From: Cladosporium halotolerans
Lineage: Eukaryota
Assembly: GCF_011745625.1 (NCBI RefSeq)
Contig: NW_027191480.1
Coordinates: 186,001 to 250,000 of the forward strand
Direction: 5' to 3'
Length of the DNA: 64,000 bases
Positions 11,997 through 24,541 of this stretch are shown here, in pieces. Both the position numbers and the translations under genes were made by a program. A model generated the notes under the pieces. That model searched no databases and was not told where the DNA came from. It worked only from the letters and a program-made list of their open reading frames with translations. Position 1 is the first letter of the stretch, and each line of letters opens with the position of its first letter.

Positions 11997-14525
11997 GGCG
12001 GCTAAGACATGCCAGGACAGCCGTTCCGGGCAGAGGCTGCAGAATGGGAGGGCGGGAGGGAGCGAGGTGTGTTGAAGACGCGGGCGAGGGCAGGGCAATA
12101 ACAACCAGCAAGCCCGACGAAACGGTGCAGAGGTTCCGACGCTCTGGGCGGCAAGCTAAGGTAGGTAAGCTGCTAAAACGCGGCAAGGCAGGGCAGAAGA
12201 AGACAGACCAGTCGCTTGGGACCAGCCAGCAGCAGCGCCGCACGGGCTGCCAGCAGACACACCTTACCTTGCTTTATGAAGATCACCCGTCGAAGCCCGC
12301 CCACACCGACGGTGGGCCCCGCGCCGCCCCACGCCCAATCGGAGGCCGCCGAGCGAGACTCCGGGCCCAGCGTCTCGCGCGCGCCCGGCCACTACTGGCG
12401 ACCGCCCGGCTGGCCTCCCCGCTCGTGCCTATCGAGACGGCGACGGTTGCTGGACACTGCACTCGCGCGCGCACGTTGGCCGACGCGCATCTGTATGTAC
12501 ATACATACGCGGCCCTCAGGAGCGCAAGCGAGCCACGGGCGCCTGCACGCCTGGCTTCGCGCTGCCCACGGCGCTGCTGGCGCACCCTCGTCCCGGCTGG
12601 CCCGGCAGGGTTCGTCCCCGGCAGCGTGTTGTGAGTCGGGGCGCTGCAAGTTCCAGCCATCCAGACGACGCCGCGCGCGCGGTACCGTGACGACACGGGG
12701 CGCTGGGCCTGGGAGGGAGGGTACAGTAGCTCGGGGATGCAACCCGACCTGGGTGTCGGGTCCGGCGGAGCCAAGCAAGAGAGCTGACACAGCTCCGTCG
12801 AATCCTGAGCGTGCGGCGGGCTGGCCGCGTCCGAGATTGATCGTCTGCTTTGAGGGCATGACGGCTCGCTTGTGTGCTTCCGGGGAGACGTACCGAAGCA
12901 TGCCCATGCCCCTGCCAGTGCCGGGAGACTTCGGGCCATTCTGCTGCGTGGGCAGTCTCAGCATGAGTTTGGAACTTCTCTCAATAGCCAAGGAGTAGAC
13001 AGTCCGCGACGACTTGCTCTTTCGTGTTCACTACCAGGGTGGGGCTCCAGCGGACGGGCCGCCGCCTGACCACGGGTCATGGAGGGTCCCTTGGGTGTCA
13101 GTCAGCCCACGGAGTTCGCTTCCACGGCTGCCAGGGACGTGGAGACGGTGAACACTGTTTGTGACTGCAGCTGCAGCTGCAGCATGTGATTCTCCGCTCA
13201 ATCATCCGAGAGACACGCAGATCCGAGACGCATGCTTGCGGTGAACCTTCATCTAGCTGTGCGGACTGTACGGTACACGCTGAGCAGTGGCCATCCTCCT
13301 ATCGCTTACGCTCGCCTAGACTTGCTGGCAACCGACTTCTGAAGCCCTGCACGAGTCGCGCGCGAAATCAATGCTCCCCGTCTCGCCTCCGCGACGCCAG
13401 CGCATCGCACGCCGGCTTTCCCCACACATTGGCCTAACAACCTGATCAAATGAAGTCCCAAGGCGTAGTCCAAACATCCACACGCACGTAGGCACCCACC
13501 ATCAGACCACATCCTCAGCATCCCAAACCAGCGCGTTTCAAAAACCAACAACCCTCGCCGCGAGGCGCAATATCCCAGTCCCGGGTCACACCCGACCTCC
13601 ACAGCTCCCTCCCGTGGCGCCCGCCGCCTCGAGCCCTCACCAGGGTAGCGCCTCACCAGCAGCCCGACAGGCCGGATTGCCTCCCCGACGCCGTGGATAG
13701 CGGCAAGTTCACGGAGAGTCAGACGCGCGCGAAAGCAGGGAACAGGGGGCGTCGGTCTGCGATAGAGTACTGTGGACCGCAACGGTCGTGCGTTGCATTA
13801 TGTAGAAACTGTGAACGCTACTGTACAGCACATAGAGGCGGACGTTTTGCCTGCAGTAGTGACCACCTGGAGGTTACATAGGCACAGCACCGCGCCGTCG
13901 GGCATCAAAGTTCACGTCGCGCGCCACGTCGCGCGGGCAATGGACGCAAGCACTCTACTGTAGCTACCTACCAGCGCAGGTGGCCCCCCGACTTGCCCAC
14001 ACGAGTAAGGCTGGCTTTCCCGATTCGGTGCTGCTTGGCCTTGAGTATGTAAGCTAAGCCAGACGGCGCCGCGACCCACTGCCTTGGTAGCTTCGATGCG
14101 GGTGGCGACTTCTCCTCGGAGGGTTTTTGGGTCGCTTGAGTCGGTCTGGTGCCACGTTGGTGCCACGAGAGCGGGTGGGCAACTTTATTCTTGGGACGGA
14201 GCCGGGTGGGTGGTAATGGGGACGAGGTGTGGCGGGTGGGCTTGAGAGGGAGGCGTGAGAGGCGTGGATGACTTCCGTTGTGAGTTTGGGAGAATCATAT
14301 CAGGTTTTGGACGAGTCGAATAGCGGAGTTGTGTTCGCTGTGTTTCAATATGGCACCACTCCGCTTTTAACACAGCAATCGAAATAGATGTGACCTGTGG
14401 ACCAACCAACTTCGGAAGTATTTTACATTCAGCAAGCATAGTATTCATCCCTAAGCACTAAACCATCTCAGATGTCCTGTATCCCATCGAGATCCAACCA
14501 CAGCCACCCTCCCTCCCAAAGAACC

Positions 14526-15862
14526 TCACTTCCCCCTCCCTCTCCCACCACCTCTCCCACCCCTCCCCCCACCCCTCCCACCCCTCTTCGCCCCCGGCCC
14601 CCTCCCAACCCTCTCAAACAACCTCTCCCTTCCAAAAACCGTATCCCCCACCCTCAAATAACTCGTGACCCCCTGATCCACAATCGCCAGGACGACATTC
14701 TTCCACCCCCACCTCAGCCGCCCGTACAACTGGCCTCCCTCAGCCGGCGGATCCCACGGCGCGGTCTCCAGCAGCGCGCCCAGCTGCTCGAGCGTGGGGA
14801 CCGCCGTCTCGCGCCCGTTGACGACCGCGAGCCGGAAATCGGGCGCGCCGGGCGCGGACTTCTTGTACGTTGTTGAGCCGGGCTTGTAGACGTGGTAGGT
14901 TATGCGGAAGGCAGGGTCGGTTGAGGGGGTTGTGGGGGTCGGGGGATGGGTGATGGCGGGGGTGTTGTGGAAGGGGATGAGGGCGAGGCGGGCGTAGATG
15001 GAGGGGTAGGAGCGGTAGAGGCCGGGTTGGACCAGGGAGCTGGTGTCGGGGAGGGAGGTGGTGTTGGGGGTGAGGGCGGGGGCGAAGAGGAGGGTCCAGA
15101 GGCGGGAGGGGTGCAGGAGGCTGGAGGATGAGGTGCGCGGTGGGTAGTTTGCTTCTGTGAGGGGCGGGCCGGCACTGTCCCAGGTTGGGGCGCGGAGGAC
15201 GGTGTAGCCTTGTCGTTTGAGGGCTGAGAAGACGGAGTAGCGCTCGTAGGTGAGGGCGCCGGAGTGCGTGGGTTCGTCGCCAATGAAGACGGCGTGGCCG
15301 CCCTGCAGGCTCATGGGCATGCCGGGCTCGCCGGCTGCGAGTTCTTCGTCGGTAGCCGGCCATCTTATGTCGATTGTGCCTCGCTCGAGGAGGTACAATG
15401 CCTCTTCGGGCAGGAGCCATAGTCTGTGGCCACGCCTCTCCTCGCCGAGAGGGTCCTGGCCGGCGGGTAAGATTTGGCCCATCCTGGTAAACAGCGGGCC
15501 TTTGGGGTTGTAGGCGTAGGCCATGTTGGTTTCCGGGTGATAATGAGCGATCGTATGGTGCTTAGGTTGGTGGATCCGCTGAAAGGCTAGGGCGTTGTGC
15601 ATCGCTTGTCTTGAAGCGGCCAATGTGTTCGATTGAAGTGCGGTGGCGTGAGGCTCAAAGTCCTTTTCACCGCGTTTGGGGATTTTCGCATCTTCGGCGC
15701 TGTTTCAAATTAGTATTGATTGTTCTGTGTTTGTATTGGCTGTTTTTGGGTTTCTTACGATAGAGCGGCGAGAAATCGGAAATCCTGGGTTTCGTCCGAA
15801 AGGTCGATGTCTTCCATGGAAGGCCCAGTCCTCGGGATCACATCTTCATCTGCGTCCGCCAT
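14526..15862 (-). CDS. SEN54: tRNA-splicing endonuclease subunit Sen54 (2 exons; intron 15700-15758)
   Basis: Exon 1 MADADEDV...DETQDFRFL. After intron GTAAGA...ACTAAT...CAG come IPKRGEKDFEP, GPLFTRMG, LWLLPEEALYLLERGT, LKRQGY and VVLAIVDQGVTSYL. RGG-rich tail. Confidence 0.93.
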
Positions 15863-16157
15863 GATCGCCTGAAAGTATTTATGCAGGCGACAGGGAAATT
15901 ATACAGCAATCTTTTGATTGCGCAATGTTGTTACAAGAGTCGAATGATCTGTCGCGGCAAGCATCTGTCGCATGCAAAGTTCAAGGAATTCTGCGCACAG
16001 ACTTTGGAATCCGACGTCGAGCTTCAATGCATCATCCCACGGTGGTTTTGCTGAGTCATTTCCTTAATACACGCAATACCTGGTACAATCGAGCATTTTG
16101 TGACTAGTCATTGAGCCTTTGCAGAAATAATTGAATTATTCCATGGAATAAGCAAAA

Positions 16158-16480
16158 ATGTCAACCCAAGCAGACGAGCTCCTCTCAATAGTATGCGAGC
16201 TCACTCACACTTCACGGAACGAAACACTAACATTCCACTCGAGCTTCTCGTAAGCCTCCGCAACGCAGCCGCCACTTTCGGCGAAGGTTCACCACCCTAC
16301 GAAAGCATTCGAAAATCCATAGAAGAGCACGTCCAAGCCATGCAAGCCAGCGGGCATTCGACGAACATCACGCACGCGAGACAGTCGCCACAGTCAGCCG
16401 GTGCCCAACAAGCCGCTGGGGATTCGATGACGCTGGCTTTTGAGAATCTTGCCATTCAGCCGAAGCAGGATTTTCGATGA
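16158..16480 (+). CDS. Small hypothetical protein (~89 aa; putative intron 16191-16243)
   Basis: ATG in good context (AAAAATG). GTATGC donor, ACTAAC branch and a non-canonical GAG acceptor give MSTQADELLSILLVSLRNAAATFGEGSPPYESIRKSIEEHV. No family recognised. Confidence 0.5.
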
Positions 16481-16922
16481 TTGATGTCGAGGTGTCCACG
16501 CTGCCGGTGCGGAGACTGGAATGTTACGGCCAATTCTCTATTTCGATTCATGAGACGCGGTCTTAGTACAGAATTTGAATGTTCATTTGTGGGCTACTGA
16601 TTGCTGGTCGCCTTCTTTGAAGGCAACATTGGGGTATCCCTTTCCTCGAAACCAAAAAGAAGTATTAAAACGCCATCGGGATCATCGAAACACTTTCGCA
16701 CCAAAGACTCAGCACGGACTGCCGGTCACCAGTTGTTCAGCAGCCGGAATGCAATCCGGCAGAGCAATTCATCAGGAAAATTACACCTGTGGAGCCTGGG
16801 AGCTTCCACCAGAGAATCGAATAGCACGCCTCATGGCAGAACAATCTGCCACTTGTGGGCGGCCTAGCCAATTGACAGAGTCGTCAGGCATTTGAAGTGC
16901 TGCGCGAACGGCGCAAAGGTAT

Positions 16923-18315
16923 TCAGAGCTTGCGCTTCTTCAGCGCAGGCTTGGTCGGAGTCTCGCTGCCATCGTTGCCGTCGTCCTCGGCCTCGGCTTC
17001 GGCCTCAACGTCGGTCTCGGTCTTCACGACCGGCGCGGTGAATGAGCGGATTGGCAGAGTCGGAGGCGCCGGGGTGTAGCCCTCTGGAATATTGCCTCTC
17101 ACCGTACTAGGCGCCGGGTCGGGAGTCGCGGGGCCAAGGAGCTCGCGGTGGGTGCATCTCTTCTGTGATAGATGTTAGCATAGAATCGCGAGATATGGTT
17201 CAGATAAAAAAAAGATCACTTACATGAGCCTTGACACAACCCGCGCAGCGAGGTCCCTGCCTCGGCGCAGGCGCGGGAGTCGTCTCGCGCGCGCGCCTCG
17301 CGTTCTTGGGAGCGGCCTTCTTGGTCTCCGGCACCGGCACCTCGTCTGTGTCCTCGGTTGCGTTTGAAATATCGGGCTTCTTCGTCTCGGTGGCGGGGGT
17401 TGCCGGGAGAATCTTACGAGGCTCGTTGGGGGCGGCGGCGGCGTGGTTTTCGGGACTGCCGTTGTCTTCGACCTCGGTGCTCTTGACTACGTGCGGCCTG
17501 GCATGCTCTGCCTGAACGGCCCTCGCAAGCTGTGTCTGAGCCGCTCTCGCGAGATCACCATGGTAGAAACGCGCGTGCATGATCCCGTAGTGACTGGGCG
17601 AAGGCCCTCCCATCTGACGCGGCGGCTGAATGGTTTCATACTCCGGCTTGACGAAGGGCTGAGTTGGCTGAGGCTGTGTCTGGGTTTGGTTACCATGCTC
17701 GTCGTTTGATTTATTGTTCGGCTGATCCTGCGACTCCTTGTTGTTGGCCTCGAGAACGCGATGAGCGGCCTGAGCAATGCTCGGAACTGGGGCGTACACC
17801 GGAGCCAGAAGGGTCGGGTCCTGGGCGGCTTGCGGGCCGGCGGTGTGCAAGAGAATGTCCCTCGCGGTCCAGCCTTGGTCGAGGAGGCCGAGAGCATTCT
17901 TGACTGCATCGCATTTAATGCGCGTGATGGTTTGGTGAGAAATTACACCGTCGCCCACAGCAGCAGCAGCAACCCTATTGTCGGAAGTCTGCTGGGGGTT
18001 GATAAGCTTCCTGCGCTCCTCTCTGAGGGCCTCGATGCGCTCGAGAGGGTTGACTGGGCAGTACATTTCGAGGTGGCCCCATTGAGAGCAGCGAGAGCAG
18101 TCATGGAGGGGCTTCAAGCAAGGCCTCGGCAGATGCCATTCATCGCAGTTGTGGCAGATGGCCCAGTAGCGGTAGGTCGGGTCTTTGATGATGACGCCGC
18201 GAGGGCAGAACACCCACATGTGCCCGAAGCAGTAGCAGATGTTGCATTGCACAAGAGTGTGGCCGCAGCGGTCGGGAAGGTGGCAGTTGCCACAGTTGTA
18301 GCAAAGGTCGGTCAT
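16923..18315 (-). CDS. Hypothetical zinc-knuckle (CCHC-like) protein with C-terminal CxxC-x6-C motif and NLS (2 exons; intron 17163-17223)
   Basis: N-terminal duplicated CxxCxxxHxxxxC / CxxCxxxGHxxxxC units. Intron GTAAGT...GCTAAC...CAG joins RCAGCVKAH to KRCTHR. Ends KPALKKRKL-stop. Confidence 0.8.
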
Positions 18316-19152
18316 GGCGAGTGAATTGCGTGTGCCAGATTCACGTGTCGTTCTCACGAGCTGAGTTGTTCAGGCGGATGATAGTGGCCTATGAGGCGGC
18401 CAGAGATATCAGACGAGCAGCAGGCGGTTGATCGGTTTGGGTTGGTGAGACTCGGCGGGCAGGTTCCAACGCAGAGTGGTGTCGGGTGTATTGTTGGATG
18501 TCGTGTCAAAGAAGTGATGAAGTTACGTTTTGCATTTTGCGGCGTTTGACGTTCAAGGTTCCCCAAACAAGTCACTGCACAGCAGGCACTATCGGAAGGA
18601 AGGAGCGACCGGAAGACGTCACCTTCACAAAAGCGTGGAATTAAAAAAGCATTGGAGGTCAGGAATCTGTTGAGGCACCATGTGAATGATTACAGGCACT
18701 AGTGAACTGTTACTTGCATTGTGAGTGAAAGTCCCTAACATACCTTAGCAGCCCGTGCCATGGATTCCTACCTGAAGCACGTGATTGAGGTCAGCCCCGA
18801 TGTGAAGTCGGTTTCTCAACAGGGCAGGCGCAGTCAATCCAACCCGGTGGCTTGCTTATGAATCACCAGTGAAGTTCCACGCATGTGCCTTCTTTGCGCA
18901 GAGCGTCCCTCGATCTCTCAAGCTGTGGTGTCGAGCCCATTAAGCTGACCAGAGCAGTGAAGCCGAACACACTCAGATGGTGGTCTAGGCTGGCTCGGTC
19001 CTCAAGCAGTATATGAAGCCTGAGAGCCAACGGGGGAGAAATTGCAGGTATGCGCACCCGGGCCTGCAAGGTGGCACGTCTCACTGTGATGTCTTACAAT
19101 GCCTCGAATCTCACATGTCCTCTTTCAACTCTCGTCTTTCGTCTTTCACCTC

Positions 19153-19644
19153 TCATCTCTCATCTGCCAACGGGTTTGCGTGTATTTGCACGCTGTCGAT
19201 TTTGATAGGTTGCTGAGGTCTGTTCTTCTTGTCTACCGGGATGGCCTCGATGACATCGAGCGTGTCCCAACCCTCCAGCACCCTTCCAAAAACAGTGTTC
19301 TTCCCGTCGAGATGCGGCGCAGGCGCGAACGTGATGTAGAACTGGCTGCCATTGGTTCCCGGCCCCTTATTGGCCATGCTCAGAATACCACGCGCGTGAT
19401 GTCTGAGGGACGTCTTTATTTCGTCTTCGAACATTTCCCCATAGACCGAGTTGCTTTCCTTTGTGCTACCAGAGGCAGGCGAGCCTGCCTGGACCATGAA
19501 GTTCGCAATGCTTCTGTGAAAAGGCGATCCATCGTAGCCGCCGCTTGCGCAAAGCGCGAGAAAGTTGTAGGTGGTTTTCGGGCACGCCTGGCAAAACAGC
19601 TCCAGCTTGATGTCGCCCGAGGTGGTTTTGAACGTCACAGACAT
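19153..19644 (-). CDS. cyp10: Cyclophilin-type peptidyl-prolyl isomerase, PPIL3/Cyp10-like, intronless
   Basis: 163 aa from MSVTFKTTSGDIKLELFC. Motifs NFLALCASG, FHR, GILSMANKGPGTNGSQFYIT, HLDGKNTVFGRV, IHANPLA. Confidence 0.93.
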   Translation of the reverse strand: MSVTFKTTSGDIKLELFCQACPKTTYNFLALCASGGYDGSPFHRSIANFMVQAGSPASGSTKESNSVYGEMFEDEIKTSLRHHARGILSMANKGPGTNGSQFYITFAPAPHLDGKNTVFGRVLEGWDTLDVIEAIPVDKKNRPQQPIKIDSVQIHANPLADER

Positions 19645-20431
19645 GACGCGGTGCGGTGCCGGGGTTGGAGGACGGTCCGGAGTACGCGCTCGGAAAATGA
19701 GGGGGAAGGAGCAGATCTCAGATGTGATGATGGCAAGGTGGGACGTCCGGCGATCTGAGAGTTGCGCCGCCAGCGGGGATCGACAAGGGTCGGACAGGCT
19801 GGTCGTTGCTTGGATGGCCTGGCTCGCCTGGGGGAGCGTGGTGAGCTGTGAGCTGACGCACCTGCACGAACAACAAGGCAGGAGTCCGGTACAAGTAGCG
19901 CCTGCTGATAACCAACAAGGCTGATTCCTTTGTCCCGCGCAGACGAATCCCTTGTCAGACCACCACCAGCCCATCTTACGCCCCTCGGCCGCGCGCCATT
20001 ACACCTGGCTGCGCCATACCCGACCCTTGGATGTATTCATATTCGCACAATTACTGCATACGTCTCCGACGATAATACGCTTGACCCGCCGCCTGTCTTC
20101 GCATCGCATAGTATTCTCGAGCTGAGCGCAGTCGCATTCTGGAAATCTGCCCCCCTCGACGCGCGCTTGGTATACAGGACTCCGCGCGGACTCGACAACG
20201 CATCATTGCGCAATTTACCCGGACTGGATCGGGAATCGGGCGCATCGTCTACGCGACCTTTTGGGACGTCCTCGGAAGAGCTTGGGAAGTCACGGAAGCA
20301 TTTTGGTGAACCCAGAGTGCGCGCGCCATCAAGGGCATCATACAGGCCGGCCCTTGGACCGACAGGGAGTGCTAGCTGGACTGGCAGTCAACACTTGTCG
20401 AGTGCCCAATGCGGGCTGAGAGTTTTGGAAA

Positions 20432-21783
20432 ATGGCATTTGCCAGTGTGAGGGTGACAGGAAACCCGAATAGCAATTTCCTAGTTGGATATCCCGGCATA
20501 TCTGCGACACTGGTACGTGAACGGTATCCTCGGTCTTGCGCAGCTCGTTATAACTGCTATCTGTTGTGCGAGCTTCTTGCTGACTATCTACATAGCCTCG
20601 ATTAGAAGGCAAGGTTGAAATTCGACCCGGAGTCAATGCAACCGCACCGGTCCTTGTCTCTATGGTCACGATCCACCTGCAGCGCCGCGAAACGATCAAT
20701 CCAACCGCGGACTCGCTCCTGAGGTCGCAGGTCAGCTCACAGCGGAGAGAGATCATAGACATGGTAGGACGCCAAATGTGCCTCTACAAAGTGCCCCCGG
20801 GCAGGGACGCGGAAGCTGTCATGCTGATGGACCTTCCTTTCATGGTCTTCATCCCCTTTGGACGAGGCGGTGAAGAAGTCGCGCGCCGTGTACCACCAGC
20901 AAGCTTGCAGTTGGACAAGCGAACAGCAGAAACATTCTACGAATTGGTGGTCGAATTGCGCCATGGGTCAGAAATCAAGAAATACGCATTCCCGGTACCA
21001 ATTGCGCGATACGACACACTGTCAACATTTGGAATGTACAACCGTCCGGAGAGCGCAGAGCGTACGACAGATCACATAGTCACTCTCGGCATCAGCCTAC
21101 CACGATGGAGCTACGGACCGTTAGATCCAGTCTCCGTCTACATCAAGCTATCGCCAAACTCTGACTGGATGAACAAGGCGAAGAGGGTGACCATCCAGTC
21201 GATAACGGTAGGCATTGAAGAAGAAATCATTTACAACCACGAGGGTGATGAACCCTCACGCAAAGTAAAGACTCTCGCGAAGCACAACCAAACCGTTGGC
21301 GTAAAAATGCCAGAAGCCGGCTACTTCACAAACCTTGGCCTGGTGTTTCCAGCACGAGAGCTGCGAGATAGTGACGGCGTACTCCCCCGTGGCAGGAAAG
21401 AGTTTCCCACGTATGCGGTGGCGGGCTTCACAACGACAGGCACACTGTACAAGATCGAATACTATCTCACAGTAAAGGTACGTTGACCGTCTCCGGTCTT
21501 CCTTTCCGCCTCTCATTACTGACACTGACAAACCTGGCAGGCGAAACTCTCGTCCGCTAGAGACATACTTCTAAGACAACCAATCGTCGTTTGCCCATTT
21601 GATCACGCCGGCTGCAAAGAGGAAATGGAGGCTATCGAGCAAGCCGCCAAAGATGCCGCGCATGTCAGCCCAGACAATCCTCTCCTGCCGCCACAGAAGA
21701 TCATCAAGGCAGATAACCCCGCAGGCTTGCGAGCGCTGGGAATCGGCATGGTGGGTGGCATGCGCAAGCCTTACATCGAGTGA
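20432..21783 (+). CDS. Arrestin-fold-like conserved fungal protein (3 exons: 20432-20512, 20596-21477, 21541-21783)
   Basis: Canonical introns (GTACGT...CTGAC...TAG; GTACGT...CTGAC...CAG) join NFLVGYPGISATL|PRLEGKVEIR ... LYKIEYYLTVK|AKLSSARDILLRQPIVVCP in one frame. The arrestin fold is inferred from family resemblance. Confidence 0.8.
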
Positions 21784-22492
21784 GAAGAGTCTAGAAACCT
21801 TCTGACATGTAACACCGCCTATGAACGATCGACGCACAACATGAGGCGCGATGCCAGCGGCTAAGGAGAGGGAAAATGGAGGTCTATCGACGCGTCGTCA
21901 AGACTCCTCACGACCCAAAATCGAGCTGCAGAGGCCTTGTGAGGGCTAACACGACACAAGAAATGGCGTTGCGTACGACAAAGGCGAAGAAATTTACGAG
22001 AGCTAAACCGGCGCATGACGGAGTAAGGGTAACGAGGCAGGCTTGGGCGTTAGGTTGGATACCGATACCCACATGCGCCACATTGAGTGCGCGCAAAGAT
22101 TTCGAATGGCTATGAGCACTCACTGGCGTTCTTCGAGTGATGCATTTGCACGGCGCTTGCAGGACGGGCGATGAGAAATTGTATGATAGGATGTGCGCTG
22201 AATGAGGGGATCCGACTATGAAAGCTGATTTTATCAAGAAGGTTGTCTCGCTTTGCTAAAGGTATTCATTTTCCCTGCTTCTTTCGAACCAAGCCTCACG
22301 TGGCGATCACATGTCAACTGGCTGGCTGGCTCGCACCTTCCTTCACCTCAGGCAACTCAGCTAGCGTCAATCACTGGGCTCCTTCTGCTTCACTCACTTC
22401 CTCGCCACACATGAACACACACTAGCGACGGTCTTCAAGTCATCGGTTGCCACACGCGTTGACTGTCAAATCAATACCGTGCAACACTCGTC

Positions 22493-24541
22493 ATGGCGTC
22501 CCCAACAGAAACAAGCGTGCCAGAGTCGCCGCCACCAGCCACGGTGGGCGCGCCGAACCAAGATCTAACGCATCCAGCCATGGCGGCGCTCGACAAGGAA
22601 GCCATTCTCCGTCAGGTCGAGCACTACTTCAGTGACGAGAACCTGCAGAGCGACGCTCACCTGCTAGGCAAGCTCGAGGAAGGCAATGGCACCGTCAGCA
22701 TCAGCCACCTCCTCAGCTTCCCTCGCATGCACAAGTACAAGCCCAGGTCGGCAGTCCGCGAGATCCTCAAAGAGAGCAACGTGGTCGAGCTCGTAGAGAA
22801 CAACAAGCGCATCAGACGTCGAACTCCGTTCGACATCTCTAAAGCGAGAGTCGTTCCTCGCGTCAACAGAGATGAAGAGGCAACTAGGCGTAAGGCTATC
22901 CTTGCGGCGAACCCGCATCTCACCAAGAGCATGCTCAAGCCTACAGGTTTTGAGCGTGACCACGTTGAGCCAGCGCTGTCCGCTGAAGAGAAGCAGACTG
23001 CACTTGAGGAGTTCAGCCCCGAGATTCCCTTTTGCGACAGGATCGAGACTGCCGTCCTGCGGTACAAGATGAACCGTAAGCTCCACCAAGAGACTGCCAG
23101 GATTCTCCACACATTTCTCGAGTATGGCGGCTTCGACCAGCGCCCACCCATGTTCACTGGCGGCGCCAGCAAGGAGGAGCTGGAAGGGCTGAGCAAAGAG
23201 GAAAAGGCAAGGCGCAAGCAGATCAGTTTCGTGTCCGAGCAAGTGAGAGAGAGCCTCGAGGCTCAAGATGGCAGATGGACCGTCGACTTCGACGGTGTCT
23301 TGAAAGGGTTCTTCTCGACCTACTTTCAAGAGAAGTTCCTCCTCAACGAGAGCACTAGTCGCCAGCGCGACAAGGACGTCACCAAAGGGGCCTGCAATAT
23401 CTTCCGCAACTTCTTCAACTATCTCCTCCACCAAGGTGTGTGCACGGAGTACGCTGATCAGATTCTTGCAGCTCGCGCATCTCTCGATGTCGTAGAGAGC
23501 GAATATCCTAGGCTGGCAGATTTCCAACAAGTCTTTCCAGGCGACTTTAATGTAGCATGCTCCACCTTACTCAAAGGCCACCACTACCAGATCCAATACC
23601 GAGGTGACTGGATGACACCAGAAGAAGCAGCCACCCATGACCCCGGGTTCACTCCAGAAGAAGCCATCTGGATCGCAAACGCAGGTGTTGCCGCTTTCGC
23701 GAACCAAGACCACCTCGACGCAGCAACCCCAAACCCTCAGCTCGCCATCATCAGCACCGAAGACAACGTCGGCCTCGAAATCACCACCCTCATCCCACCA
23801 GCAGGAACCTCGTCTTCCTCCCAAGACCTCTTCGCCAAACTAGCCAGCACGATCGTTCCACGCATGGGCAAGGTCATCTGCCACCGCTACCACTTCCCCA
23901 ACGCCGCGCCCTCCAACACTCCGCCAAATTCCCCTGACGTCTTCGAATTCATCCTGGACGAGAAGACCCTGGCAAAGTGCTACCCGGGCATCAAATTCGT
24001 CGCCACGGTCGTTGAGACCAACGTGGGAATCCACTTCATCGATCACTGGGCCGAAGTCTCCGGTACCTTCTACACCTGGTGCTGGAACGACAAGCGTACG
24101 TTGCCGAAGGGGTGGGGTCGGGCTCGCCGGCGCGCTGCGTCGGATAGTCAGGAGGCGAACGCTGATAGCGAGTCGGTGGAGGATCCGGTTCCGGAAGGTG
24201 ACCCTCCATTCAAACTGCCGAAGGATTTCCCGGAGATCGTTGTTCAAAACATCGAAGAGCAGTTTTCGGGCGAGAACTTGCGTTTGAATGCCCGCGAGGT
24301 GTCCGAGGCGACGGAGATGGATGTCGCAGATAGCTCTTTGGGCGCACATACGGACAAGAAAGGGGCTGCTAGCGGAAACCACGATGGGTCCAACGATGAC
24401 CAAAAGCGCAAGGATAGCGCTGCTGTGTCTGGCAGTCATTCTGCAGAGCGCCAGCCCAGCGTTGCTGAAGCTAACGAGAACATGTCCGGTGACGAGGGCT
24501 TCTTCAGCGACGAAGAGGATACTGCGGCGGATGATGGATAG
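22493..24541 (+). CDS. arb1: La-motif + Argonaute siRNA chaperone Arb1-like domain protein, intronless
   Basis: N-terminal La motif ILRQVEHYFSDENL...SISHLLSFPRM. Central RIETAVLRYKMNRKLH, FLEYGG...PMFTGG, WTVDFDGVLKGFFS, NFFNYLLHQGVCTEY and FPGDFNVACSTL resemble fungal Arb1. Confidence 0.8.
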   Translation: MASPTETSVPESPPPATVGAPNQDLTHPAMAALDKEAILRQVEHYFSDENLQSDAHLLGKLEEGNGTVSISHLLSFPRMHKYKPRSAVREILKESNVVELVENNKRIRRRTPFDISKARVVPRVNRDEEATRRKAILAANPHLTKSMLKPTGFERDHVEPALSAEEKQTALEEFSPEIPFCDRIETAVLRYKMNRKLHQETARILHTFLEYGGFDQRPPMFTGGASKEELEGLSKEEKARRKQISFVSEQVRESLEAQDGRWTVDFDGVLKGFFSTYFQEKFLLNESTSRQRDKDVTKGACNIFRNFFNYLLHQGVCTEYADQILAARASLDVVESEYPRLADFQQVFPGDFNVACSTLLKGHHYQIQYRGDWMTPEEAATHDPGFTPEEAIWIANAGVAAFANQDHLDAATPNPQLAIISTEDNVGLEITTLIPPAGTSSSSQDLFAKLASTIVPRMGKVICHRYHFPNAAPSNTPPNSPDVFEFILDEKTLAKCYPGIKFVATVVETNVGIHFIDHWAEVSGTFYTWCWNDKRTLPKGWGRARRRAASDSQEANADSESVEDPVPEGDPPFKLPKDFPEIVVQNIEEQFSGENLRLNAREVSEATEMDVADSSLGAHTDKKGAASGNHDGSNDDQKRKDSAAVSGSHSAERQPSVAEANENMSGDEGFFSDEEDTAADDG

